Shown: positions 11,418-24,848 of the stretch, one piece after another | Numbering within the stretch: the first letter of the stretch is position 1 | How the letters are laid out: each line of letters begins with the position of its first letter | Assembly (NCBI RefSeq): GCF_004010195.1 | Contig: NC_057719.1 | Coordinates: 13,954,511 to 14,008,754 of the forward strand | Reading direction: 5' to 3' | Source: Chiloscyllium plagiosum | Taxonomy: Eukaryota | Length of the DNA stretch: 54,244 nt | The notes under the pieces: model-generated | The model's input: the letters and a program-made list of their open reading frames with translations, nothing else | What the model was told of the DNA's origin: nothing | The model's database searches: none | Translations under genes and position numbers: made by a program

Positions 11418-12922
11418 CCGTGTATGTGGCTGCAAGTGTGATCACTCCTCATGACACCCAGCTTGCATATAGAGGATGCGATATAATGATCTGAGGCAGG
11501 AATCCAGAACCAAGCTAAAACCAGGGTTGCTAAGTGATCCTGGTTTCAATACAAAGTCCATTTGAAAGCATTTATTTCAGACTTGATGTTAATTTCCTGA
11601 GTTCAGAATGCATAAATAATTATTTTGTCTCCAGTTCAACTGCTACTTTCTTGCCCAGAGAACACAGTTCAGTTTCAACCTAGTTACATCAAAAATGCAT
11701 TTGGCTTTATGGCTGCTAATAATCCTTGTTAATAATAGCTGCAATAAACAGACTCAGATTTATCCTTTGATGTTATAGCATAATAATGTAATGGGCAGAC
11801 TGCATTCTTCTCAAGCATTTATTCTTCCCATTTCTAAATTTGTTGGACATTTTAAAGGAATACAGCCCTGCATTATCCTCACAACAAAGAGGAAACTAAA
11901 AATCACAGGTCCTGCTTCAGAGAATGACACTTCTTGCTTTAGCGATGTTGGGAATTGGATCAGGTTAAGATTTCCACATGTGTGTTTCATGGAGGCAGCT
12001 AAGGTTTTAACTCATCAGCTAGCTCTTCTCTCAGTAACCGGGGAGTATAAAACCCAGAGGGTTTGGAAGAGATCTGGCAAGAGTAGATCTGAACTTTGTC
12101 CATTTCTTGAGATAGCCAGAGTAGTCCTTTGGACAGGTAAGATACCCCATTAGATGTGATCCTGGGGGAAATATCAGATGAGGATTGGTGGACATTAGGT
12201 GTGTTTTGGATGGAAGACATTTTATCCTTCTGGGAGGTAGGGTAAGAAGAAAGGTCTCTTCAGAATAATTAAAAGTAGGCATTAATGTGTGTAGAAGTAC
12301 AGAAACTCATTAACCCATCATCACCAAGTCACCATACTTGTCAAAATCAACAGTGATTGGTGTCCAAAGCAACTGTGGAGAAGACATGTAATAAGCAACT
12401 ATCAAAGGATTTCTCAAACTGTCAAGGCATTTAAATGTTTTGAACTGTAAATCTTTGAAACAAAAAATAGTCTGGAGTATTTAAAAAACAACAAGTTGCT
12501 TGCAATTGCACTTTGTTGCTCTAAGCCTGAGGAATACCATTGGTCTATTCCTGACACACAACTGATTTCACAGTCACCTATTATCACAGTAGGGTATTTG
12601 TCATCTCATATGTTGATTTACAGATATGAGTGGCTATAGACTCTTTGAAAAGGAACTACAAATGAATTCCAATGCTTGTTGTCCCAAGGGCTTGTTTATT
12701 TGAATGAGCTTAGTTTTGTTACAAGGCATTATGTAGCTGAACTAATGTAAATAGGTTTTTATGAATGAGCCTGTTACTCTCAATATAGTTAAGTCTGCAA
12801 TGTGCACTTAAATATTTCTTTTAAGAAACTTTATTTTATTCCAAACAAACAAAACTTGCTGGAAGATCTCAGCAGCCCTTGCAGTGTCTGTGCAGAGATA
12901 AAGAGAGTTAATTTTCAGAATC

Positions 12923-13636
12923 AATAGGCTGGGGTTGTTTTCCCTGGAGTGTTGGAGGCTGAAGAGTGACCCTATAGAGGTTTATAAAATCATGAAGGAC
13001 ATGGATAAGGTGAATATCCATGGTATTTTTCCCAGGGTAGGGAGTCCAAAATTAGAGGGCATAGGTTTAAGGTCAGAGGGGAAAGATTTAGAAGAAATCT
13101 AAGGGGCAATCTTTTCACGCAGAAGTTGGTACGTACGTGGAATGAGTTGCCAGAGGAAATGGTGGAGGCTGGTACAATTACAACATTTATGGGCGACACG
13201 GTGGCACAGTGGTTCTCACAGCGCCAGAGACCCGGGTTCAATTCCCACCTCAGGCAAATGTCTGTGTGGAGTTTGCACATTCTCCCCGTGTCTGCGTGGG
13301 TTTCCTCCGGGTGCTCCAGTTTCCTCCCACAGTCTAAAAATGTGCAGGTTAGGTGAACTGGCCATGCTAAATTGCCTGCAATGTTAGGTGAAGGGGTAAA
13401 TGTAGGGGAATGGGTCTGGGTGAGTTGTTCTTCAGATGGTCGGTGTGGACTTGTTGGGCCGAAGGGCCAGTTTCCCCACTGTAAGTAATCTAAGAAAAGG
13501 GATAAATGAATAGGAAGGGTTGAGAGGAATATGGGTCAAGTGCTGGCCAATGGGACTAGATTAATTTAGGATATTTGTTGACATGGACAAAATGGTCTGT
13601 TTCTGTGCTGGACATTTCTCTATCTCTAGGACTCTA
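12923..13636 (+). mobile_element. CR1/HER1-type LINE 3' end interrupted by a SINE
   Basis: Homologous to 666-1090; sequence resumes after the SINE at ~13493. Confidence 0.88.
13191..13492 (+). mobile_element. HE1-type V-SINE
   Basis: GGTGGCACAGTGG A-box, GGTTCAATTCC B-box, V-domain, tail GGGCCGAAGGGCC..TTTCC shared with CR1 3' end. Confidence 0.92.
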
Positions 13637-14792
13637 ATCCAGTGACCCTTCTTCAGAATACTGGATTCAAAACATTAACTGTTCTTTTTCGCCACACGTG
13701 CTGTTAAGAGCTGTCGAATTTCTCCCGTAATTTCTGTTTTTGTTTGTATCAGATCTCTGGCATTCACGGTTCCTTCTTTTATTTTCTCTCTGGGTGGGTC
13801 TCAGAGTCTGCCTGTGGTAGATACGAGGTATGTTGGTATTGCAGGTGTAAAGGAAAAGGTTGGTGTGGTTTGGCTTGAGAACCGTGATGGAGGGGGGGTG
13901 GGGGAGGTTCCATTTCTGCACACCCAATTCGCAAACAAGCGACCAAGCCTGGATATTGTTCTCCCCTTGCTGCGGAAAAATTCCAATTTCTTTCCGTTTT
14001 ATAAACTTGTGGTAACTTTGGTGATATTACAGATTTATTACCCACTTCTTCAAATAGGGAAAGCTTTTTCAAGGCTATTTCTCTGCAAAGAGAAAAGACA
14101 TGATTCATTATTATCTTAGAATGTAAACACAATCTGCTATTCCCTTATAAATATTCAGTTTGCGACTCACTGTGCTATATCCCAAGATTCTGACAATCTA
14201 AAATATGCCTAGTGTCTGCTCATCATTATAATCCACCTTGCTATTCATTACTATTCACTGTAATTTATAGAGCAAGACAAACTCAACATCAGTTCCCCCC
14301 CCGCCACCCCCCTTCACCCGGTTAAAGTTATTAAAGCTACACTGCACTGATTAAATTAGCAATAAGATGGCTAGCACCTGGATTGTAGGTGTGTTTGGTA
14401 TACAATGACTTCTGTCAAGAGTGAGAGTACTGAGTTAAGTGAAATTAGGACATAATTAACAGTTTATTGATATAGTATAATTTTTTTAAAGTTTCAGTTA
14501 TTTAGTGGTTTGTGAGTGTCACTGACAAGGCCGGTGTTTGCTATCTCTCCCTAATTACCCTTAAACTGAATGGTTCCCAAGGCAATTTCAGAGACATGAA
14601 ATTCACAGTTTGATCAGACCAGATAAAGGTGGCAGATTTCCATCCTGAAAGGATAAATGGGCTTTTACAACAGCCATTGGGAGCTTCACTGTGCTTCAAG
14701 TCAATTGGAGTTAGAAGGTAGCTTCACAAACTAAAAAGTTGTGCTGACTGGGACCTAGGAGTGGCTATGACATTTCAGGACAACAGCAACAC

Positions 14793-15383
14793 AGAATCTG
14801 TACAGTGCAGAAAAAGGCCATTTGGCCCATCAAGTCAACACCAACCCTCCAAACAGCATCCCACCCAGACCCACCGTATCCCTGTAATCCCATATTTACC
14901 AAGGCTCATCCACTTAACCTGCACATTGCTGGAACTGTGTGGTAATTTAGTATGGCCAGTCCACCTAACCTGTGCATCTTCATATTGTGGAACGAAACCA
15001 GAGCACCCGGAGGAAACGCATATAGACACAGGAGAGAATGTGCAAACTCCACACCTACAGTCACACAAGGCTAGAATCGAACACGGGTTCCTGGCGCTTG
15101 TTCATCTGACTATAATGTTTATCCTTTGAACTTTGTGTCTTATTTACTAACTTACACTATGAATTACTGTCAGGTAATGTAACTTTTTTTTCTTTATTTC
15201 TCTATTTTGTATCTAAGATTTGTAGCTAGATTCTTTGTACCTAAGATGGTACCATGAGGGATGACTTTGTAAACTTTTCACTCTACTCCTGCACTTCTGT
15301 ACTTGAGTACACATGACAATAAATCTAATTCTAATAAACTAATTCTAACCAGCAGTGCTAACTACTGATCCACTGTGTTGCCC
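14793..15383 (-). mobile_element. HE1-related SINE split by a LINE 3' tail (~15098-15349, + strand)
   Basis: SINE body 14793-15097, head resumes 15351-15383; insert ends ACATGACAATAAA plus (TCTAAT)-like repeats. Confidence 0.7.
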
Positions 15384-16148
15384 TAACTTAGTGGTCTTGC
15401 TATCAGACCAGTAATCCTGGCACAATGCTCTGAATTGAAATTGTATAAAGGCAAGTGGGGTAACTTAATTCATTAAATTTTGATTTGTCGAGCTCACCTG
15501 AAGAATAATGATCCTGAAATGACCCTGTTCATCAACATCCCTCAGGGAAGGGAAATCTCCCTTCGATAACATCCTCTGGCATACACGTGGCTGCGATTTC
15601 AGCTATTCCTGGGATATTGGGACCAGTTTTGGAGGAGTTGGAACATGCACATTCTGAACAAACTGCACCTTGTGGGCAGTTTACTGATGCTAACGGTCAG
15701 GAGTTAAACTGACAAGGTAGAGCGATGGGCACCAAGGTTTTATATCAGAAAGAGAAACCAGGTTCATTAAGGATTGAGAGAAAACTTGAACCAGAATAAT
15801 AAATAGGAAGGCATTAGGCTGGGGAGCTGTGGAAGGCTGAATGTGAATGTATTTTAATGCACAAAACGTATTAAGCAAGATCGGTTAGCTGCAAATTCAG
15901 ACAACCGTTAGGGAATATAATGTTGTGGCGAATAAGGCTGGCTCAAATAGGGCACTCAATAAGTAGAATACAAAATGATCAGGAAAGCTAAGGAAGGAAA
16001 GAAAGGAAGAGGTATAGAACTATGGTTTGAGAAGGATAGTGCTAAGATTTGATTTGCTCTTGTAGCTATTGTATTTATGTGGCCTGTCTAGTTCAGTTTC
16101 TGGTCAATGGAAACACCCAGGATGTTGATAGTGCGGGATTCACTGATG

Positions 16149-16222
16149 CTTAAAAATGTGTTGCTGGAAAAGCGCAGCAGGTCAGACAGCATCAAAGGAT
16201 ATGCAGTCCTCACTTTCTCCTA
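16149..16222 (+). mobile_element. 74-bp Penelope-like family A micro-insertion with inverted 5' part
   Basis: Inverted ~50 bp plus sense terminus GCAGTCCTCACTTTCTCCTA; TSD GGGATTCACTGATG (16135-16148, 16223-16236). Confidence 0.85.
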
Positions 16223-16333
16223 GGGATTCACTGATGGTCATGCCATTGAATTTCGAGTGATGATGGTTATATTCTTTCTTGTTGAAGTTGATCATTGCCT
16301 AGCACTTGAATGGTGCAAATTTTATTTGCCACT

Positions 16334-17070
16334 TAGAGTCATAGAGATGTACAGTATGGAAACAGAACCTTCGGTCCAACCCGTCCATGCCAACCAGACA
16401 TCCCAAACCAATCTAGTGCCACCTGCCAGTACCTGGTCCATATCCTTCCAAACCCTTTCTATTCATATACCCATCCAAATGCCTCTTAAATGTTGCAATT
16501 GTACCAGCCTCCACCACTTCCTCTGGCAGCTCATTCCATACATGTATCACCCTTTGTGTGAAAAATTTGCTCTTTCGGTCTCTTTTATATCTTTCTCCTC
16601 TCATCCTAAACCTATGCCCTCTAGTTCTGAACTCCCCCACCCCAGGGAAAAAACTTTGTCTATTTATCCTATTCATGCCCTTCATGATTTTATAAACCTC
16701 TATAAGGTCACCCCTCAGCCTCCGACACTCCAGGGAAAACAGACCCAACCTATTCAACCTCTCCCTATAGTTCAGATACTCCAACCCTGGCAACGTCCAT
16801 GTAAATCTTTTCTGAACCCTTTCAAGTTTCAAAACATTCTTCCAATAAGAAGGAGATCAGAATTGCACACAATATTCCAACAGTGGCCTAACCTGTACTG
16901 CCGCAACATGACCTCCCAACTCCTGTACTCAATACTCTGACCAATAAAACAAAGCATACCAAACGTCTTCTTCACTATCCTATCTACCTGTGACTCCACT
17001 TTCAAGGAGCTATGAACCTGCATTCCAAGGTCTCTTTGTTCATCAATACTCCCTAAGACCTTATTATTAA
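16334..17070 (-). mobile_element. CR1/HER1-type LINE 3' end
   Basis: ORFs 16413-16832 and 16829-17023; same subfamily as 402-1093. Confidence 0.92.
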
Positions 17071-17074
17071 GTGT

Positions 17075-17285
17075 ATGTGAGCCCGTACCTTGATATTTTT
17101 ACAAACCTTGCTGCTTTGGAATGCTTCAGTATCTGAGGAGTTGTGAGTGTTGCTGAAGATTGTACAATCATCAGCATCACGCGTGACCTTAAGATGGAGG
17201 GAAGGTCATTGATGAAGCGGCTGAAGATGTTTGGGCCTAGGGCACTACCCCTGAGGAACTCCTGCAGGGATGTCCTGGAGTTGGT
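17075..17285 (-). mobile_element. Second LINE family (CR1/L2 group) RT fragment
   Basis: GSALGPNIFSRFINDLPSI; homologous to 25912-26100 and 19620-19830. Confidence 0.7.
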
Positions 17286-17564
17286 GATAATGGCATAGAA
17301 CACCCAGGAAATACTCTCTTATTGGACTTAACCATCTTTGATGCATGTGTGTCAAGAATGTTACTTACCATTTGTCAGCTCAAGACTGACTGTCATCTAA
17401 GTAGAATAGGGATGTGATGTGAGGAGTTGTGAATGGTACTGGACACAGAGCAATAATCTATGTACATGTCCACTTGGAGGGAAGTTCATGGCTGAAACAA
17501 TTAAAGATGGTTATGTCTCATTCAGGACCAGAGGAACTCTTCCTATGTTATCTCTGGAGCTTTT

Positions 17565-17925
17565 TTTTTGCTCTTGCGATCTACGTGTCACTGGTAAGTC
17601 AGCATTAATTGTCTATCTCTAATTACGCTTAAAACAAGTGGCTTGCAGGGCCATATCAGAGAGCAGTTAAGAGTCAACCACATAGCTGTGGAGCCAGAGT
17701 CATTAGTAGACCAGAATAGTAGGCAGATTTCTTTACCTAAAGAACTTTGTAGTGAGCCAGATGGATTTTTACAACAATTGACAATGTTCTTGTGGTTGAA
17801 ATTAAGCCAATTTTTAATTATAATATTGAATTCAAATTTCACCATCTGCTGAGATAGATTTTGAGCCTCTGTCCACAGAGGATTAGTCTAGGGGTCTGGG
17901 TAACTAGTTCAGTGACATTACCAGC
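17565..17925 (-). mobile_element. tRNA-derived SINE, second family
   Basis: Homologous to 27935-28245, 41795-42320 and 53590-53880. Confidence 0.7.
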
Positions 17926-18679
17926 GACCAAGTGATGGCTTCCGACAAGCAGACAAGATAAAACTCTCCCTGATTCCCATTGACTTCAATTTCATAAGGA
18001 CCCCTTGATGCTGCACTCAGTCAAGTACTTTACTGATGCCAAGGCCAGTCTGACTTCACTTTGTTAATAATAACTTTAACTGAACTTGATTCTTTCAGTT
18101 CAGATTTAATAATCACATCCTACCCTTTCAGTACTCGAGGCTGGATGCCAGAAGTGATGAAATGTCAGTGTTTGAATTCATTCTGTCACTAAATTCACAC
18201 TCTGGGAAACATAAGCCACATCTTTTAAGAGGCTGAATCTCCATCAAAGCAGGACTGGCTCCATTGTACAGAAAATGTCAAATTGAGATAAAGGAGGATT
18301 TAATTCCTGGTATCACACTTATCCCTGCATGGACAGATTGTACCAATTCCTAAAAATAACTTTGCTTTTTGCTTTAAAAGCAATAGGAGGGTTATTCAGC
18401 TTTTAGGCTACAGTCCCTTTTTATATGTGCTCCACAAAACTAGTATTTTACAGCTTTCAGAAGCAACTTTGAAAGAACTGGAGATGTATACCAGCCCAAA
18501 GAGCATTTCTCAAGTTTAACTTTGGACTTCGGATTGAGTTCTTTCTTCTTCACAGCTGCAGTTCATTAATGAGACCATGTTGTCCTCCCAGTGTTCCTCC
18601 CCATCTACCGGGACTCCAGCCTTTCTGATCTGTGAGTGGCATCATTCCATTCCTTCAATAAAAAAGGTTCTCTTTTCGT

Positions 18680-19830
18680 GATTTATTTATGAGATCTGGG
18701 AATCGCTGACAAAGACCAGCTCTTATTGCCACCCCCGATAGTCCTGGAGAAATGGTGATGGGCCACTATCTTGGAACTATTGCAAGTCATGTGATCCCAC
18801 AGAGCTGTTGTCGAGGGGACCCAGCGACAACAAAGAAAAGACTTTAGATTTTCAACTGAGGACAGTGCGTGATATCATGGGTCATGTTCCGAGGTGCCTG
18901 ATCACCTTGTCAGTCATGGAAGTCAGGGGTTTGGAAGGTATGGTAGAAAGAAGCACTGGTGAGTTGCTTCTGTTTTTCATGTAGATGGTACAGTCTGAAG
19001 TCCAGTTGTGATGGAGGAGTATAAATGTTTACAGTCACGAATGGGTTGGAATTCAAGTGAGCTGCTTGCCCTGCATTATTTAAACATCTTTTTGAGTGTG
19101 ATTGGAAACGTTCATCCAGGCCAATGCAATGTATTCCATCAAACTTCTGCCTTGTGCCTTGTAGATGGTTGACAGGCTTTGGTCAATCTGGAGGTGAGTT
19201 ACTCACTAAACAATTTGTCACCTCTGACCTTCTTTTGTAGCCATCTAATTTACGTAGCTGACCCAAATAGGTCAGTAGTGACCCTACAGAAAGTTGACCA
19301 TGGGGAAGCTCAGCATTGGTAATGTTATTCAATATTTTGATTTGATTTGAATTGGTTTGATTTGATTTATTAATGTCACATGTACCTAGGTACTGTAAAA
19401 AGTTTTGTTTTGCCCTAAGTGCAGGCAGATCATACCATACAAAGTGCATAAAGACAATAGAACAGAGTGAGGAATGCAAAGTTGCAGCTGAAGAGAGGGT
19501 ACACAAAGAGCTAGGTCAACATTAAATTTATCCAAATTTAATATGAAGTGGAGATTGTTAGATTTTTTCTGGTTGATTAACGTTATTTCGCACTTTTGTG
19601 GCACATAATGCTACTTGCAACTTAGTCAGAACAAGCCTGAATATTGTCCAGATTTTACTGTATGTGGTCAGTGCTACATTATCTAAGGAGCTGTGTATGG
19701 GACAGAACATTGTGCAATCAAAGAACAGTCTGACCTTATGATGGAGGGAAGGTTATTGATGAAACAGTTAAAGATGTTTGTGTCTAGGACGCTATCTGGA
19801 GGAACTCCTGCAGTGAAGCCCTGGGACTGG
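18680..19830 (-). mobile_element. Old LINE (second family) 3' portion, interrupted by a Rex1/Babar-like tail (~19335-19560)
   Basis: Homology to 25912-26350 and 41310-41680; (TTTGA)n tail at 19336-19368. Confidence 0.6.
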
Positions 19831-19929
19831 TGTAATGCTCATTGAATTGGTATCTTTCTACAGGGTAGAATGGTGTGAGTGGGTTTGCAGATGGTAGAAA
19901 TATCATTTGGTGGCCTTGTTGCTATCCCT

Positions 19930-20412
19930 ACCACGGTGGCTCAGTGGTTAGCACTGCTGCCTCACAGGGACGCGGGTTCAATTCTTGCATCAGGCAACTG
20001 TCTGTGCGGAGTTTGCACATTCTCCCTGGGTCTGTGTGGGTTTCCTCTGGGTTCTCCGGTTTCCTCTCGCAGTCCAAAGATGTGCAGGTTAGGTAAATTG
20101 GCCATGCTAAATTACCTATACTGATCAGGGATATGTAGGTTAAGTGCATTAGTCAGGGGTAAATAAAGGGTAAGGGAAGGGGTCTTCGAAGGGTTGGTGT
20201 AGACTTGTTAGGCCAAAGGGCTTGCCTCTATACTGTAGGGAAGCTAATCTAATCTAGCCATGCTAAATTACCTATACTGATCAGGGATATGTAGGTTAGG
20301 TGCATTAGTCAGGGGTAAATATAGGGTAAGGGAAGGGGTCTTCGAAGGGTTGGTGTAGACTTGTTAGGCCAAAGGGCTTGCCTCTATACTGTAGGGAAGC
20401 TAATCTAATCTA
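19930..20412 (+). mobile_element. HE1-type V-SINE with tandemly duplicated 3' 156 bp
   Basis: 20101-20256 is repeated at 20257-20412 with 2 differences. Confidence 0.9.
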
Positions 20413-20661
20413 TAACCATCTTGATCTATCCTCAGTCTCACAGGTAGTAAGTGAAGTCTAGCATTTTAACCGAGGTCCTTAAGTGGGAAAGTGCAGCCTC
20501 CATGTTATCTCTCTGAACCCACACACACCCATCACCCAGATACCCAACCTCCTCCAACTCTTACCATGACACTACCCACAATTATCTTGATGCTGTTGAT
20601 TAGGAACTGGGGACTGCTTGTCCCAGTCATGGCCACCGGTCCCAATGGTGTTGCTGGATCT

Positions 20662-20975
20662 AAGGTAAAGGTAAAATAAAGTTACCATTGTCTTACCAGA
20701 TAGTAGGACTGCTCTCTCATTAGAGATAGAGAAAGAGAGAGAGAGAGAGAGAGGACTGCTGGTGATTCCTGATGAAGGGTTTTTGCCCGAAACGTCAATT
20801 TTCCTGCTTCTCGGATGCTGCCTGACCTGCTGTGCTTTTCCAGCACCACTCTAATCTACACTCTGATTTCCAGCATGTACAGTCCTCACTTTTGCCTGGT
20901 GGTGATTTAACCTGAGGGTCAGCATGCCTTAGGTGAAGGCTAAGGTTGAGAAGCCAAGTCCTCTATGGTAGCCCA
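20662..20975 (-). mobile_element. Third SINE family copy with (GA)n tract, interrupted by a Penelope piece
   Basis: Reverse-complement similarity to 47920-48125. Confidence 0.6.
20768..20895 (+). mobile_element. Penelope-like family A short copy beginning at the hammerhead
   Basis: CTGATGA(20769)-A-GGGT-TTTT-GCCC-GAAAC-GTC; TSD CTG(C/G)TGGTGATT (20756-20767, 20896-20907). Confidence 0.85.
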
Positions 20976-22089
20976 GAGCTTCCCATGGATGGCTAGATGG
21001 ATCTGAGGCAGAACTTCATCCCAAGCAAGGGGCAAGGTATCCTGTCTCCAGCCAATTGGCTCGCCTGGGAATTTTAAAAGTTTTGGGAGGATTGTGGGAA
21101 ACTCTTCAAACTGTGTGGTTGGTAACCCCATTACCTGTTAAATTCTGCCCTTTATTAAAGTATGCTCCGAAATTGGATGTACTCACTGCTGACCATTCAT
21201 AACTATTGGATACCTTCTGGGAGGGTTTTTTTTTAAATGGATGATTCCTTAGCCTTTATTGCAGGCATTTTAAAATTGTGCCATGCATGCACACATCTTG
21301 GCTAGAGCAAGGCAATATGGTTAAACCAACATGTTTTTGTAAGTGTGCTTGCAACAAGGGAAGGGAAGTAATTAATACATTTTGCCACCCATTTAATGCA
21401 CTTACAAGCTGCACAGGACCGGGGCAAACATTAGAAATGTGGAAAGTGACAAATTAGTGTAATTAAATGGAAGGGAAGTGAGAGACAGCTGAGAAACAAG
21501 TTGGGGGATGGTAGTAATGGGAGTAAGATATGTGACAGAGTGAAATGGTTGTGAGAGAGGCAAGCAAGGGAGATAATTGGGAGAAATGTTACACAGCAAC
21601 TGCAAAGGAAGGTTATTTCTCAACACCATGACAATCAAGTGGTTTTGTCAGTGAAATCCTCTGCAGGAATTGAACAGTGTTGCTCAGTACATTTTAAAGG
21701 AATGAATGAGCTTATTCTGTTCAAAGGGTCTCACAGCATTGTCTTATTAGAAGAAGCATTGTGATTCTGTCAAACAGAACAGGCTTGACATTTCCATTTC
21801 CTTTGCTCTTTGACAATGCTGAGCATGCCACTAACATCCCAACCTGTGCACTGACACTGACTGTCACATTCTGGACATTAAGGCACACAGGAGGGGGGAG
21901 TTTAAAAGTGAATATGAATTAATGCCAACCATTGCTCAAGCAGTCAAATCTCTGTCACGATCTGTTGCTTCCCTATTTTGTCCAACCAATTCTCAGTTGC
22001 AGGGATAATTTATATCTCCCATTCTCAATATTCCTGTGTTTAGAAAACGTAATGTTTGCCACTGCCAGACTGAAATGCAACAGAGTTTG

Positions 22090-23600
22090 TTTTACTAGAA
22101 CTTCATTCATTGACCATAGAGTAACAGAAAATGATGAAGAAGGTAGTGCATTGGATGTTGTATGTATGAGCTTTCAAATGGATTTCATAAATCACATGAT
22201 AGCAAACCTGATGTCTTTAGGGTCAAAGAGCAGTGGCTAAGTGGATGAGAACATGATCAAGAATCCGGCAGCGAAGAGTAATGATGGATAGTTATTTTCC
22301 AGACCAGAGGGATGTGTGTAGTAGTGAACTGCAGCTCTTTGGTGCTCTTTCTCTCCATTTATCGCACATTGGATTTCGTCTTACCAGCCTTTGCAGGCGA
22401 TTGCAGCACTGGAATGTCACACCTAAAGGTATCAAAGAAGCTTCAAAAGTGGTGGGGGAGGGGGTTATGCACTAGAAACTGAACTATAATTCCCCCATCG
22501 GCATCTCAATCTGTGAGCATGATGTGAAGAGATGACAGCAGTCTGGGTGTGAGACACATGCGATTTTCAATGATACACAGAGACCGGGGTGAAAAGAAAG
22601 CTTCAGTGCTGGTCTGAATGGCCTGATGTCCCAGTGACAGTGGATGAAAACATAAAATTACTAAGATATATCAATAGAATGAATTAATTGGACAAATCTG
22701 TGACAACTTACAAACGTTTCGAAATGAAGGCAAATGTGAAGATATCCACTCTATCTTCTAAAAAAGGATTGGGATAGATCACCTTCAATATGGTGAAAAT
22801 CTGACCAGTGGATGTCTAAAGATGTTTGGAGATGGATGAACACAGATCTAAAAATATCTTCAACCATTACAGAAGTAATCATAAAGGTTAATGAAACATT
22901 GGACTTTATATTTCGAGGTAATGAGACAATGTATTTGAGCAATTTGAATTATCAGTAAACAAGAGAATGCTGAGTATTATAGAGGAACAGAGGGGTTCTG
23001 GAGCGTATGTCCACAGATCCCCGCAGGGAGCAGGGCATTTGGATAAAGTGGTTCAGCACGTACAGAATACTTGTCTTTCTTGTGTATAGCATTAAATACT
23101 AGAACAAGGAGGTTATGCTGAACCTATATGAGACACTAGTTAGACATAGGTTCTTGCACACTGTTCTGGTCACCCAACACCAGGTTATAGTCCAACAGGT
23201 TTAATTGGAAGCACTAGTTTTCAGAGCGCTGCTCCTTCATCAAGTGGTTCATCAGATGAAGGAGCGGCGCTCTGAAAGCTAGTGCTTCCCATTAAACCTG
23301 TTGGACTATAACCTGGTGTTGGGTGATTTTTAACATTGTACACCCCAGTCTAACACCGGCACCTCCAAATCATGTTCTAGTCACCACATTACAGGAAAGA
23401 AGCAACTACACAAGAGGTGTATCAAGCAAATTTACGACACAGTTACCGTTAATAGAGAAATTTCACTGAAAAAAGATTAGGTAGACGGGTTGGTTTTCTT
23501 TGGAACAGAGGAGGCTGAAGGGAGATTTTACCGAGGTGTTAAAATTTATTCAACTTCGGAAGGAAGCAAATTCTCCATTCATCCCAGGGTGCTGCAGAGA
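22090..23600 (+). mobile_element. Highly decayed CR1-type LINE fragments
   Basis: DEEGSALDVVCMSFQ remnant and 3' ORF2-like nucleotide similarity around 22980-23545. Confidence 0.5.
23175..23372 (+). mobile_element. Penelope-like family B hairpin insertion
   Basis: ~72-bp inverted arms (23170-23241 / 23255-23326); TSD TGTTCT(G/A)GTCACC (23162-23174, 23373-23385). Confidence 0.85.
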
Positions 23601-24848
23601 GGGGCATTGAAAATTTCCTCTGGCTTTCAGTATACAACCATCTGTGGCACTACAAAGTACCTTGATAGTCAGGCTGCAGTCACAGTCTTGACTCTTGATA
23701 AAAACAAAAAAAAAATTGAAAAAAAAATTTCAACACGCCCCATGTAAGGGACCTCGGAACAAATCGTCATTTTTTTCCAAAATCGACCCTGCTAAGACAC
23801 AGCCGTGAACTTAGGATTTTAAGGAACGAGGAATATATTTTGCATTGCGGCTTTTCTTGCAGCTCCTAAAAGAATGATTTAACACGGTAACAAATAAACA
23901 TGAGTCACTGAGGTGGAAATAGTTTTCCCTTGCCTAGAGGGACTGTCAGTCTCACAGAGTAATGAGTAAACCGGGTGACAACTGTATCAATGTTGAGGCT
24001 GCGTTGGTTATGATAAGGATTGTTCAATGAAAATGTATTCTTTGAACCAAATTCATAATATGCTCTGTCCTGGCACACTGTAACCAGTCCATTCCACTGT
24101 TAGGATGAATCTAATTTATGAAGGAATTATAATTTGCTAATGCCTTCGTACCCAAAGCCATTTCTGTTCTTTGACAGAAGGAGCATACCAGACTCAAACA
24201 CAACATGGAAAACAACAGGCTGTCTAATTAACAGCTTGTCAGTCCCTGTTCAATTCCAAAATGGTTGTTGAGTCATGGATGCCAACACAGAAATGGCTCA
24301 AAGCAGTGTTAGAAAGACAAAGGTTATCACTCAACCACAAAGCTGTACCCATGATAGTGAGAATCAAGGCTAAGTCAGGAGAGTTTCTCTTCAAAGAAGA
24401 ATGGAAAACAAAAAGCTTTTGCAAATTCCAAATTCTTTTTGTTCCTTGCACAACCAAACAAAGCTGGTCACATTGTTGGCATCCACAGTATAAATTCCAA
24501 ACTACCATGGACTGGTAATTATCCAATACTTTATGTATAAACTGTTTGAAGCCCTTCCTTAGACGTCAGACTGTAATTTTCTCCATGACATCAAGTGCTA
24601 ATCTGAAAGAAATTGAATATAATTTAAAAAAATAAAGGGTGTCGATATTCTGCTGAAGTCTTTCATGGTGAGACTTCATCTCAAATTCAATGTGCAGGTT
24701 TTGTCTTATTTAAGCAAGGGTTTTTATTGTTATTTATTTATGGATGTGGCCATCGTTGGTTGGACCAGCATTTATTTCCTAGATCAAATTGCCCTTCATA
24801 AAGAGTAGTAAGCTACCTACTTGAAGCATTGTAATCCTTAGGATGTAA

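Larger units (their letters stand above)
12843..13780. mobile_element. Old family D-like Penelope hairpin interrupted by CR1 (host parts 12843-12922, 13637-13780)
   Basis: Degenerate inverted arms; the minus-strand hammerhead CTGAAGAAGGGTCACTGGA at ~13638-13656 continues at ~12907-12918. Confidence 0.6.

Noticed and set aside
13779..14132. Pro/His-rich minus-strand ORF (MEPPPPPLHHGSQ...)
   Set aside because: Short, not recognisable, has no convincing splice context, and ends in a repeat tail.
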